Part shown: one piece after another, positions 29,199 through 39,021 of the stretch
How positions within the stretch are numbered: position 1 is the stretch's first letter
Layout: the number at the start of each line of letters is the position of its first letter
DNA from: an uncultured Methanosarcinales archaeon
GTDB taxonomy: Archaea > Nanobdellota > Nanobdellia > Woesearchaeales > SKGA01
DNA length: 64,000 bases
Assembly: GCA_964428395.1 (NCBI GenBank)
Contig: CAYRYB010000001.1
Location: 8,847 to 72,846, forward strand
Direction of reading: 5' to 3'
The notes under the pieces: model-generated
Told to the model about the DNA's origin: nothing
Database searches by the model: none
Seen by the model: the letters and a program-made list of their open reading frames with translations, nothing else
Position numbers and translations under genes: made by a program

Positions 29199-29863
29199 TC
29201 TATAAATCCTAAAGCTTGATCCGCATTCATAATTTCCGGTCCACCAGATGATTGACCGATAACGAATCCTTTATTGTTTACTGCAAGACCGCTTCGTATT
29301 TGTGTGCTTCCCATATTCACTGTTCCCGTTGCAATTTGCAGTCCTAAAAATTTCTCCATATCTTTAATTGTTTCTTCTGCAACATCATAGCTGATAAGTC
29401 CATGCGTATCATTATTTGCGATAAGCGAACCAATGGTAAGTATTTCTCCAATTTCTAGTTCTTTTACTTCTCGCTCAAAAAAACGCTCAATGATATCTAC
29501 CGATGCTTTGTCATACTGAGGATTGACTAGAATTCCTTTTTTTGTTGCAATAATGTTGTTTCCTAAACAAGTCATATCGCTTGGCACAATTATATAGGGT
29601 ATGTTGTTTTTTTTAAGAATTTCTTCTTCATGAGGAAAAATTATATGTGGTACAAGAAGTTTTTCTCCGTCTGTTGCCAGAAAAACGCCTAAAAGAGATG
29701 TTCCTGCAATAGTCAAACGAATTATTTTTGTGCCAAAAATTTCTTCAAGATTTTTATCAGCCAAGACAGGTACTTCAACACCTACTAAAACTATATTATC
29801 TAGAGGCACCATGTAAAGACCTACAAGACTGTTTCCCTGTACTTGCAATGTTGTAACGTGCAT
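29195..29863 (-). CDS. eif6: Translation initiation factor aIF6
   Basis: LTIAGTSLLG, LGNNIIA...GILVNP, GTVNMGSTQIRSGLAVNNKG. Confidence 0.93.
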   Translation of the reverse strand: MHVTTLQVQGNSLVGLYMVPLDNIVLVGVEVPVLADKNLEEIFGTKIIRLTIAGTSLLGVFLATDGEKLLVPHIIFPHEEEILKKNNIPYIIVPSDMTCLGNNIIATKKGILVNPQYDKASVDIIERFFEREVKELEIGEILTIGSLIANNDTHGLISYDVAEETIKDMEKFLGLQIATGTVNMGSTQIRSGLAVNNKGFVIGQSSGGPEIMNADQALGFIE

Positions 29864-29906
29864 GAATATTGGTTACAAAGAGGAGTTTAAAAAGGTATGC
29901 GTGAAT

Positions 29907-30722
29907 TTAAAGAAATTTTCTATTGTGAACGAGAATCTGAATAGCACTAAAAGGTTCTTTTTGCAGTAAATCAAGTTTTCGTTGTGTATCAAGATGTAGT
30001 AAAGGTAAAAAAGTGTAGACTTTATCTTGTTTTGATTCTCCACGAAGTAAATCTTGGAAATAAACTTTTGTTTTCGCTTTTGTAAAAAGTTTTCGCAGTT
30101 GTCCTTGTAAAATATTCATCGTTTCTGTCAAATCGAATGATTTAGCAGGAATTGTTGTTTCTTTTGTTGTTTCTACTTTGCTTAAAATTCGCTGGCGCTT
30201 CATATCGGAATCTAGTGCTTGTTCAAGTGCTTCTACTAAATCAAAGACGGAGACTTTTCGCTCTCGTGGCTGTGGCGTTCGAGGAACAAGTGTTTGTTCT
30301 TCTCCAAAGAATTGGTTAATTGCTGTTTGTTCAAATTCAAAGCCATCATCTAAAATTTCTTCTTCTTCTTCCTTAATACCATTAAGAAGATCATCAAAAC
30401 TTTGCAAATCATCCAAAAGCAATTTATCACTTTTCAATTTAAGTAAAAGACTACTGGTAAGAACCATTTTTCCTCCTATACGAAAATCCATTTCTCGAAG
30501 TTTGCCCAACAAAACCAAGAATTTTTCAGCTAGAAGCGAAATATCTATGTTCCAAGGATTCATTCCTTCACGACGTACTAAATCATAAATGAGTTCTTTC
30601 CAATTAAGGTCATCTTCATGCAAGACAATGTCTATTACTCTATCTTGTGAAGATTTTGCAGTGGGTTTTGCGTCGGAAAGTGGTATCGCCATAGTTGCAT
30701 TCATACTGTTCAACTCTAACAT
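29907..30722 (-). CDS. scpA: Segregation and condensation protein A (kleisin)
   Basis: MNPWNIDISLLAEKFL, LLLKLKSDKL, FLPLLHL...LLQKEPF. Confidence 0.88.
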   Translation of the reverse strand: MLELNSMNATMAIPLSDAKPTAKSSQDRVIDIVLHEDDLNWKELIYDLVRREGMNPWNIDISLLAEKFLVLLGKLREMDFRIGGKMVLTSSLLLKLKSDKLLLDDLQSFDDLLNGIKEEEEEILDDGFEFEQTAINQFFGEEQTLVPRTPQPRERKVSVFDLVEALEQALDSDMKRQRILSKVETTKETTIPAKSFDLTETMNILQGQLRKLFTKAKTKVYFQDLLRGESKQDKVYTFLPLLHLDTQRKLDLLQKEPFSAIQILVHNRKFL

Positions 30723-30792
30723 CTACTTAAATAGTATATAAATATACTGATTTGGCTACTGATTAAATTGTACTGGTTTCTTAACAAGAATA

Positions 30793-30916
30793 TGGGCCCA
30801 GCCGGACTCGAACCGGCGATTAATGCCTCACTTAACAGAAAACCTTTTTTCGCCAGAAGCGCTAACAAGATTTACCATTTGTAAGGGCACTGTCATAGCC
30901 ACTAGACCATAGGCCC
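30793..30916 (-). tRNA. tRNA-Val (TAC) with 51-nt intron at 37/38 (intron 30829-30879)
   Basis: Acceptor GGGCCTA/TGGGCCC, anticodon stem GTGCC/GGCAT, T arm GCCGG-TTCGAGT-CCGGC; BHB with helix CTTA/TAAG and bulges CAA and TGA. Confidence 0.92.
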
Positions 30917-31037
30917 CTTTTTATGTAAGCAAAAAGAACGAATAACGCATTTATAAGCGTTTCTCTAAACAATTCATCAAAACAAACTTCGCTTTCAAGA
31001 TCTATAAAGTAAACTATTTAGAAAGTAGAGTAAAAAA

Positions 31038-32285
31038 TTAAAATCTCGCGTATCTTGCTCGTCTTCCTAATTCTTCTTCAATTCGCAAAAGCTGATTGTA
31101 TTTTGCAGTGCGTTCTCCTCGTGCTGGAGCGCCAAGTTTTATCTGTCCCATACCAAGACCAACCGTTAAATCTGCAATAAAAGTATCTTCGGTTTCTCCA
31201 CTCCGATGACTAACCATTAGGTTCCATCGAGCTTTTTGTGCAAGATAAGCACTTGCTAATGTTTCAAAAATAGTTCCTATTTGATTCATCTTTAACAATA
31301 ATGCATTACACATATTTTGCTGAATAGCAAGTTTCACCCGCGCAGGATTTGAAACGGTTAAATCATCTCCTACAATCTGTAAGTTCTGGTTGTTTTTCGT
31401 AAAACTTTTCCAAGAAGCAAAATCGTCTTGATCAAAAGGATCTTCTAAACTGATAATAGGAAATCTATCTACTAAACGTTCATAGTACCGTGCCAAACGA
31501 GAAGCACGTAATTGTTTTGTTGTATAGGTTTTATTTTTATGATAAAATTCACTCGCTGCAGGATCCATTGCAATTGCTATCTGTCGGTCATAACCTGTAT
31601 TTTCTAATGCTTTTGTAATGAGATGCAACGCTTGTTCTGCACTGTGAATAGGCGGTGCAAATCCTCCTTCGTCACCAACATTTACTGCTTCTTTACCATA
31701 ACGTTTCTGAACAATTGTTTTTAATTCATGATACGTTTCTGCAACCATTTCTGTTGCTTGACTAAAACTTCTTGCTTTTACTGGCGCAATCATGAATTCT
31801 TGAAATTCTAACAAGTTTCCTGCATGAACGCCTCCATTAATTACATTAGCAAAAGGAATAGGTAATTGGAGTTTTCTTGTGTGAAAATCGTTTGCAAGTT
31901 GCGCATACAAAGGAATTTGCTTTTCATGAGCAAGCGCTCGACTAAATGCCATACTCAATGAAAGAAGAGTGTTTGCTCCTAATTTTGTCTTGTTTTTTGT
32001 TCCATCTAACAAAAGTAAAGCTTCATCAAATGATTGTTGCGTGGAAAAATCTTTTCCTTTTAGTGAGCGAGCAATTGTATTAACGACAGAAACTGCTTTA
32101 GTAACTCCTTTTCCACCATAAGCTTTTTTCTTATCGCGAAGCTCTACTGCTTCATGAATGCCTGTTGACGCGCCACTTGGAACTATTGCTCGTCCCGTTG
32201 CATGTTTTGTAATAAGATCTGTTTCTAACGTTGGATTCCCTCGAGAATCTAAAAGTTGTCGTGCTTTAATTTGTTTTATTCGCAT
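31038..32285 (-). CDS. eno: Enolase
   Basis: LDSRGNPT, VPSGASTG, GDEGGFAP, VSHRSGETED, ERTAKYNQLLRIEE. Confidence 0.98.
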   Translation of the reverse strand: MRIKQIKARQLLDSRGNPTLETDLITKHATGRAIVPSGASTGIHEAVELRDKKKAYGGKGVTKAVSVVNTIARSLKGKDFSTQQSFDEALLLLDGTKNKTKLGANTLLSLSMAFSRALAHEKQIPLYAQLANDFHTRKLQLPIPFANVINGGVHAGNLLEFQEFMIAPVKARSFSQATEMVAETYHELKTIVQKRYGKEAVNVGDEGGFAPPIHSAEQALHLITKALENTGYDRQIAIAMDPAASEFYHKNKTYTTKQLRASRLARYYERLVDRFPIISLEDPFDQDDFASWKSFTKNNQNLQIVGDDLTVSNPARVKLAIQQNMCNALLLKMNQIGTIFETLASAYLAQKARWNLMVSHRSGETEDTFIADLTVGLGMGQIKLGAPARGERTAKYNQLLRIEEELGRRARYARF

Positions 32286-32403
32286 TGTAAAATCGCCTTC
32301 TTGTAGATATGTATGTTCAGTACTTTAACATGGTTTTTCAATTCAACAACTGTTCATTGTTTTTAATCTTGATTATTTTTAGTTTTTAATTATTCTTACT
32401 GAT

Positions 32404-34137
32404 TTAATTATTTCTTGTGTACGCTCGCACAAGATATTGCTCAACCATTCTCTGCGTATTAAAATAGCTCGCGTTGATTGCAATTGCTCGCCGCATGACA
32501 GCAAGGTATTTATCTGTTTGTTGGTAAAACCAAGGAAGAATGATATGTTCTAGTTTTTCATAAATTTGTTGTGCATCGTTCCAGTTTATTTTTTCATAAT
32601 CTGTTTCATACACTACTTCCTCACCAATTCCCCATCCAGTAACATTCTCAATAAGTCCTTCTACCCACCAGCCATCCGGAACAGAAAGACTAGGCACACC
32701 ATTATGTGCTGCTTTCATTCCACTTGTTCCTGATGCCTCTAAAGGTCGCTGGGGAGTATTTAACCAAAGGTCAACTCCTGATACAAGTAATTGTGCAAGC
32801 TGTATAGTATAATCTTGTAGAAAAACAAGTTGTATTGCTGGTGCAAGTTGTGGTGCAAGATTAACAATACGTTGTATGATAAGTTTTCCTTCTTCATCGC
32901 GAGGGTGTGCTTTTCCTGCAAAAATAAGCTGTATTCTACCAACTCGTCGGCTAATATCTTTGAGACGATTGATATCTTTAAAGAGAAGGTCTGCTCGTTT
33001 ATACCCCGTTGCTCGTCGTGCAAAGCCAATGGTAAATACGTTCTTGTCCAGTTCAACTCCGGTTGTTTTTTTAACATAAGAAAAAAGATCTCCTTTTGCT
33101 TTTTGATGTGCTTGATGAAGTTCTTCTAAAGGAATTTTTCTTGCGTTGCGAAGCTCAAGTGAATTAACTCGCCAATCAATAATATATTTATCAAAAAGTG
33201 CTGAGAAATGTGGACCAACCCACGTTGTTGAATGTACCCCATTGGTAATATAATCAATAGTGTATTCAGGAAACATCTGTTTTGATACTTCTTGATGTTT
33301 TCTTGCAACTGCGTTAACGTAGGAAGAAAACTTTAATGCAAGTCGAGTCATGGAAAACTTTCCATCTTGACGGATAAGGTCAAAAATATAGTTAGGAAGC
33401 ACTCCTGCAAGATGCGTTTGTACAATCTTTTCATCAAACTCATCATGACCCGCTGCAACGGGAGTGTGCGTCGTAAATGAACAAAGCGAACGTATAATTT
33501 GTAATTTTTCTTCCTCACAAATAGCATTTTCACAATTCATATCTTCAAGTTCTCTGTAAAGTTCTAAAATAAGAAATGCTGCGTGACCTTCATTCATGTG
33601 ATATTTTCTTGGATTATATCCTAATTCTCGAAGAACTTTTACGCCACCAATACCAAGAATAATTTCTTGTTTTAATCGATAAAGTGCATCCCCGCCATAC
33701 AGTTTTGCCGTTAATTGTTTATCTTCATCATCATTCTTTTCATCATTCGTATCTAAGAAATATATCTTAATACTTTTTCCGCGAACACCGACAAGTTCAT
33801 ACTCCCAAACATTTACTTTAACAATCCGTTCATGAATATAGACATTAACACTAATATCTAATTTAGTAAGCATATCTTTTACAGGCCAATTTGTTGGCGT
33901 TTCTTGTTGATAACCATGTTCATCTAAATGTTGTGTAAAATAACCATGTTCACTAAGTAATGTTATGCCCACCATATCAATTCCAATATCTGCCATTGAT
34001 TTGAGTGTATCGCCTGCCAAGATACCAAGACCACCACTATATGTTGGTATGTCACTTCGAAATCCTATTTCCATACTAAAATAAGCAATTCTATTTCTTT
34101 GCATTTGTACAAGCTGTGAAGTGTTCTTTAAGGCCAT
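32404..34137 (-). CDS. glgP: Alpha-glucan phosphorylase
   Basis: AYFSMEIG, YSGGLGILAGD, HMNEGH, EASGTSGMKAAHNG (PLP Lys). Confidence 0.95.
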   Translation of the reverse strand: MALKNTSQLVQMQRNRIAYFSMEIGFRSDIPTYSGGLGILAGDTLKSMADIGIDMVGITLLSEHGYFTQHLDEHGYQQETPTNWPVKDMLTKLDISVNVYIHERIVKVNVWEYELVGVRGKSIKIYFLDTNDEKNDDEDKQLTAKLYGGDALYRLKQEIILGIGGVKVLRELGYNPRKYHMNEGHAAFLILELYRELEDMNCENAICEEEKLQIIRSLCSFTTHTPVAAGHDEFDEKIVQTHLAGVLPNYIFDLIRQDGKFSMTRLALKFSSYVNAVARKHQEVSKQMFPEYTIDYITNGVHSTTWVGPHFSALFDKYIIDWRVNSLELRNARKIPLEELHQAHQKAKGDLFSYVKKTTGVELDKNVFTIGFARRATGYKRADLLFKDINRLKDISRRVGRIQLIFAGKAHPRDEEGKLIIQRIVNLAPQLAPAIQLVFLQDYTIQLAQLLVSGVDLWLNTPQRPLEASGTSGMKAAHNGVPSLSVPDGWWVEGLIENVTGWGIGEEVVYETDYEKINWNDAQQIYEKLEHIILPWFYQQTDKYLAVMRRAIAINASYFNTQRMVEQYLVRAYTRNN

Positions 34138-34200
34138 ACAATAATTAAAAGAAATTTAATTTATAAGGGTTTTGGGAGTCAAAAAGAGTAGTGACGCAAT

Positions 34201-34602
34201 CTAGAGTCGTAATGATTCATCAATTTTTTCTGCAACTAAAGAAATATCATCTAACAAGGAGTTCATGCCTTCTCGCAAAGAAGCAACTAAAATACGAAGA
34301 TTTTCGTGATCAATATAATACTTGTTTCTGTAATTAACAACAATTCCGGCTGCCATAAGTCGATTCAAATGATGAATAACGGTCCCTCGAGAGAGACCTG
34401 TCTGCAGAGCAAGTTCATCACTAGTAAGCTCTACTTTCATTTTTAATGCTTTAATGAGTATAATAAATATTCTATAACAGCTTTTATCCTTGTCGCGTCT
34501 GCTAAAAAGACCCAAGCTTTCTCCAAACAAAAGAAGAAGGTCATTAAGGTTTTCTTTGGGACGCACCCTTTCTTTCACAATAGTAACGCGGGTAATTCTC
34601 AT
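34201..34602 (-). CDS. ArsR-like HTH transcriptional regulator
   Basis: LTSDELALQTGLSRGTVIHHLNRLMAAGIV. Confidence 0.82.
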   Translation of the reverse strand: MRITRVTIVKERVRPKENLNDLLLLFGESLGLFSRRDKDKSCYRIFIILIKALKMKVELTSDELALQTGLSRGTVIHHLNRLMAAGIVVNYRNKYYIDHENLRILVASLREGMNSLLDDISLVAEKIDESLRL

Positions 34603-34653
34603 AGAGATGAAAAAGAAGTGCTGTTATTTAAAACTTTAGAATGACTTTTTGCT

Positions 34654-35328
34654 TTAACCATAGTACGTGATATTCCAACAGGTTGTGTTACAAATAGAGC
34701 AGTTTCCTCCAGGCGGTGCAACGCAAGGAGCGTTCGTATTTGATGGTCCTAAATCACAGTCTTCAGGAAATTCTTTTATTGTATTATTACACGTACTATT
34801 GCATAACGAAAAAAAATTTTTACAATCGGTGTGATAAGATAATCCTGCACAGGTTTGTGTTCTTGTAGCAAGGTAACATTGTTCTGGATTTACATTCATA
34901 AATACTCCTGCATAACTTGCGTTGGTAAAATAAGTAGCGTTAGGAAGAAACATTGTTCCGTCAAGCTTGAAAATAATATTATGCATACTTGAATCTAACT
35001 GTCCTTTAACAGGTGATGAAAGAAAGTTTACATATTCTTTTGAACCAAAGGTTGCAGTAAGTTCATAAGGATCAGTAAATGCAATAGTATATGATTTATC
35101 TCCCAAACTAGTAAGTGTAAATGATCGCTTGTAATCAGCATGGACTTGCTGTGCAAGCGAAACTTCTGTAAGAACTACATTGTTTGCTTCTTTTAAATAA
35201 AGGTAATCTTGCGCGTCAGTTGCGTCAGTAATTCTATGTTGAATAATAGCGAAGAACACAAAAAAGATGACAAGCATAAAAGAAACTAAAATGACAAATT
35301 CTGCTGCTGTTTGTCCCTTGTTATTCAT
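34654..35328 (-). CDS. Pilin-like protein (class III signal peptide) with Cys-rich C-terminus
   Basis: MNNKGQ|TAAEFVILV, hydrophobic N-terminal helix; many Cys in the last 65 aa. Confidence 0.8.
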   Translation of the reverse strand: MNNKGQTAAEFVILVSFMLVIFFVFFAIIQHRITDATDAQDYLYLKEANNVVLTEVSLAQQVHADYKRSFTLTSLGDKSYTIAFTDPYELTATFGSKEYVNFLSSPVKGQLDSSMHNIIFKLDGTMFLPNATYFTNASYAGVFMNVNPEQCYLATRTQTCAGLSYHTDCKNFFSLCNSTCNNTIKEFPEDCDLGPSNTNAPCVAPPGGNCSICNTTCWNITYYG

Positions 35329-35777
35329 TCTAATACCCTATATCTAATGATACCATTGTCATACGATTCAACGCGTATTTGATTAAGTCCATCATGAATA
35401 GGCACAGAGCAACCAGCAGTGCAATCATTGTTTGTTGTATTAAGAAGACTTGTTTTTGTAAAAAATACTGCCTGAGAATTATCAAAACCATAACTAATAA
35501 CTAATTCACTCATTGATCCGTCTCGATATACTTCAAGACTGTTCACATCAGAAGGAAAAGTTAATTCTATGGTTTGCCAAGAATCAGCACCAATAGAATA
35601 CATCAAATCAGCCGTTGTAATAAGATCACTTCCTGATTTATAAACTTGAGAACTAACAATGGATTTTTGAGAGTCTGCGGAGTAACGATAAAAAATAATG
35701 CTTCCTGGAACTAACAGTAAAAGCGCTATAGCCACAACAAAAAGATATTCTACTGATGATTGGCCTTTAGTCAACAC
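35325..35777 (-). CDS. Pilin-like protein (class III signal peptide)
   Basis: MLTKGQ|SSVEYLFVV; ATGA overlap with its partner. Confidence 0.82.
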   Translation of the reverse strand: MLTKGQSSVEYLFVVAIALLLLVPGSIIFYRYSADSQKSIVSSQVYKSGSDLITTADLMYSIGADSWQTIELTFPSDVNSLEVYRDGSMSELVISYGFDNSQAVFFTKTSLLNTTNNDCTAGCSVPIHDGLNQIRVESYDNGIIRYRVLE

Positions 35778-35863
35778 TACTCACCTCGATAAAGAAAAAC
35801 GGGGAAGCAGTCTTTATAAATATTTGTGTGAAAGTTTCTTAAAAACAGCAGTACTCAACAAGG

Positions 35864-37336
35864 TTATATTTTCCTTACTTCTTGTCCATTTGGTGTGTCT
35901 CGGACTTCATAGCCCTTCTTTTTAAGCTCCTCTCGAAGCGCATCGCTCACGGACCAATTTTTTGCTTCTCGAGCAGATTCTCGTTGTGAAAGTAGTTCTG
36001 CAATTTCTGCAGGTATTGTATCTTCATTTAAGAGTTCAGAAGGCAAAAATCCAAAGAGTGAATCTAAATCTAAAATAGTTTTTAAAATTTCTTTTGCTTG
36101 AGTTTCACCTAAAACATGTTCATCAAGTGCTTTGTTAATATGTTTTATTCCTTCAAAAAGTGCGCCAAAAGCACCGCTCGTGTTTAAATCATCATCAATT
36201 TCTCGTTCTATTGCAAGTTTCATTTCGCGTATGAGTTGGGCAAGAGGTTCATTATACTCATGTTCTAATCGAAGCGTGTTGAGTTTTTTAAGCGTGTCAT
36301 CAATACGAGTCAAAGCTTGTGTTGCTGCGCGAAGACCATTCTTTGTGAAGTTAAGTGTTTGTCGATAATGTGATGATAAAAGCAAATACCGTATCGCTCG
36401 CCAACTAAAACCTTCTTTAAGTAAGTCAAAAACATAATAGACGTTACCTTTTGACTTGCTCATCTTTCCGCCTTCTACTTGCAAATGTTTTGGATGAAGC
36501 CAATATTTCACGTACTGCTTGCCAAAAGCGCCTTCGCTTTGAGCAATTTCACATTCATGATGAGGGAAGCGATTATCTTCTCCTCCCGTATGCACATCAA
36601 TTGTTTGAAATCCTTGTGCTGAAAGTTTTCCCGTTGCAAAAGCATCCGTAAGAAACTTAGCACTCATAACACTACACTCTGCATGCCATCCAGGATATCC
36701 TTTTCCCCAAGGACTATCCCATTGCAAAATGTGATTTTCAAATTTTGAGTTTTGAAACCAAAGAACAAAATCATAAGGATTCTTCTTGTTAGGATCCTGT
36801 TCTACACGATGTTTAGTAAGTTTTTCAAGCGTGTTACCCGAAAGTTTTCCATAATCAGGAAAGGATGTGACATCATAATAAACATTTCCTCCTGAAATAT
36901 ATGCATGACCTTTTTTGAGAAGTTCTTCTACGAGCATAATAATTTCTGGGATAACTTCAGTTGCTTTGGGTCGATATTCTATTTCTTCAAGGTGAAGACT
37001 TTTCCAGTCTTTAAGGAATGCGTCCGTGTAGAACTTTGCAATTTCTAAAGGGTGTTTCTTTTCTTTTCTGGCAGTCATCTCCATTTTATCTTCGCCAGTA
37101 TCACTATCATTCGTTAAATGACCAACGTCAGTGATATTCATAACTTGCGTTACGTGATAGCCTTTATAGATAAAGACTCGTCTAAGAAGATCAGCAAACA
37201 TAAAGCTTCTAAAATTTCCTATATGTTGAAAGCCATAGACGGTTGGACCACAATTATACATGCGTACTTTTCCAGGAATAACCGGCACAAATTCTTCAAG
37301 CGTATTAGATAATGAATTATAAAGTCTTAGAGTCAT
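35864..37336 (-). CDS. cysS: Cysteine--tRNA ligase
   Basis: YNCGPTVY, HIGN, GYPGWHAECS, HHECE, KMSKSKGN; start at MTLRLYNS. Confidence 0.97.
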   Translation of the reverse strand: MTLRLYNSLSNTLEEFVPVIPGKVRMYNCGPTVYGFQHIGNFRSFMFADLLRRVFIYKGYHVTQVMNITDVGHLTNDSDTGEDKMEMTARKEKKHPLEIAKFYTDAFLKDWKSLHLEEIEYRPKATEVIPEIIMLVEELLKKGHAYISGGNVYYDVTSFPDYGKLSGNTLEKLTKHRVEQDPNKKNPYDFVLWFQNSKFENHILQWDSPWGKGYPGWHAECSVMSAKFLTDAFATGKLSAQGFQTIDVHTGGEDNRFPHHECEIAQSEGAFGKQYVKYWLHPKHLQVEGGKMSKSKGNVYYVFDLLKEGFSWRAIRYLLLSSHYRQTLNFTKNGLRAATQALTRIDDTLKKLNTLRLEHEYNEPLAQLIREMKLAIEREIDDDLNTSGAFGALFEGIKHINKALDEHVLGETQAKEILKTILDLDSLFGFLPSELLNEDTIPAEIAELLSQRESAREAKNWSVSDALREELKKKGYEVRDTPNGQEVRKI

Positions 37337-37461
37337 AAAAAAGAAAGAACAAAGGATATTTAAAAAACTATGCTTCAAAACAGGTTATTTTGTAATAATT
37401 TCACCCAAAAAAGAAGTTTAAGAAAGAATCAGGAAGATTCCCAAGAGAGTAATAATAACGG

Positions 37462-37633
37462 CACTGCCCAAAAAGGCAGAACAAACTGTATGCTACTGTC
37501 TTGGCGCGTGGTTCTAGTAAGCACGATTCATGCAGTGTTTATCAAGAGATTTGAGAATCTTTACTGCTTCACTGCTTGTAGTATACTACAAAAAATCTTT
37601 TTTACTACAAAAAATCTTCTTTTTAGGCAGAGC
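37462..37633 (-). repeat. R1 structured repeat, copy upstream of cysS (with internal duplication)
   Basis: Aligns with 43625-43775 and with the reverse complement of 9164-9320; CTACAAAAAATCTT is duplicated. Confidence 0.9.
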
Positions 37634-37698
37634 CATAGTAACGAAACTTTTAAATAACGAACTCAGATAACGAGTAAAGCAAGCGAAAGGTTCTTTTT

Positions 37699-37769
37699 GC
37701 GCACATGGCCAAGTGGTAAGGCACCGGATTGCAGCTCCGGGATCCCCAGTTCGAATCTGGGTGTGCGCT
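37699..37769 (+). tRNA. tRNA-Cys (GCA)
   Basis: Acceptor GCGCACA/TGTGCGC, U73 discriminator, anticodon arm CCGGA-TTGCAGC-TCCGG, T arm CCCAG-TTCGAAT-CTGGG. Confidence 0.95.
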
Positions 37770-37860
37770 TGCTTTCTAATTAACAAAACAGCTCTCTTAC
37801 TTCTTCATAAGCAAGACATACATAAATGATTTATGACATTCAAAAAAATAGGGTGGTATC

Positions 37861-38178
37861 TTAATGTACCTTGCTCATTTTATAATTCATTGCCATCACA
37901 TAAAAGGGCACTACATCTACAAGTCCTGAAACTTTATTCACATTCGCAACGGCTTCTTTTGCCGCCATAAAAAATGATGTTTTCACATCTTTTGTTTGAA
38001 CTAAGTAGTTCACAATAAAGGGTAATTTTAAAAAAGCAATTTCAGCAACACTAACAACAACACCGGCTGTATAGAACACATCACTTCCTGAGTTATATAG
38101 GGCAACAGATAATGGTCCAGTGATGGCATCGATAATATCTATTTTCTTTGCTGATTTGCAAAGCTTTTCTAAACTCAT
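37861..38178 (-). CDS. Hypothetical hydrophobic protein
   Basis: 105-aa ORF without a recognisable motif. Confidence 0.6.
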   Translation of the reverse strand: MSLEKLCKSAKKIDIIDAITGPLSVALYNSGSDVFYTAGVVVSVAEIAFLKLPFIVNYLVQTKDVKTSFFMAAKEAVANVNKVSGLVDVVPFYVMAMNYKMSKVH

Positions 38179-38347
38179 GTTTGCTAAACTCCATTGATTA
38201 TTTCACGTTCTCATGTTCTTAAAAAAGAGTAGTAGTAAAGAAAACAACATAAGTTTTACTAGAGAAAAGTCGTAATACTTTCGGTATGAGCAGTAACAAA
38301 GTGTAATGTATTGTTATTGTAAATAAATGTATTGATAAAAAAACGAA

Positions 38348-38806
38348 GTGATTAACACAATACCTCATAATAAAATAAATAACTTTCAAGGGGAAATTTC
38401 TCGTGTAGTCGTTGTTATGATTAAAAACAAAAAAGGAGATTTCTTTTTGCAGAAAAGGTCTAAACATGAATCTCACTATCCTTTACATTGGGATTGTAGT
38501 GTTAGAAGAAAAGTTAATAAAAACAAAAATTATTTGCAAACGGCAATGAGTAAAGCTAAAGAAGAATTGGGAATATCCTTAAAGCCCAATACTATGCAGT
38601 TAGTAAAAAAAATGCTTATCTTAACAGAATGCAAAGAACAAATTGCCATTTTTACTGTGGTGCATGACGGTCCGTTTGCTTTAACGCGTCAAAAAGATAG
38701 TTATGGCAAATTTTTTTCTTTGCAAAGAATTAGAGAGATGCTCAAAAATGAAGAAAAGTTTAGTCCTGTTTTAATTCAAGTTTTATTGCAATTACAATTT
38801 CATTAG
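38348..38806 (+). pseudogene. Degenerate NUDIX/IDI-like hydrolase, probable pseudogene
   Basis: FFLQKRS, YPLHWD.S and EELGI remain, but the Nudix box is eroded; the N-terminus (IDKK/NEVI) is out of frame across an A7 run. Confidence 0.55.
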
Positions 38807-38841
38807 CAAAGTATAAAAAACATTCAAATAAAAAACTTCGC

Positions 38842-38974
38842 ACTAAAAAAATCATAAAAATCTGCAATGAGTGTCACACCCGCGCCCTAAAGAGACAGGG
38901 TATGACATGACACGCATAGTATCTGCAGATTTTTAGGATACCAAAAATTTCGATCTAAATCGAAATTTTTTAGT
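38842..38974. repeat. Nested inverted repeats (REP/MITE-like) between convergent genes
   Basis: 16-bp arms 38851-38866 / 38924-38939 with one mismatch, inner GTGTCA/TGACAC and CCCT/AGGG, and a perfect 12-bp hairpin 38943-38970. Confidence 0.85.
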
Positions 38975-39021
38975 ATAAAACTCTTTTTATGAATCATAAA
39001 AAAATCGTAAAAAGAAAAAAA

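Noticed and set aside
37370-37786. ORFs 37370-37657 and 37586-37786
   Set aside because: They overlap the R1 repeat and tRNA-Cys; spurious.
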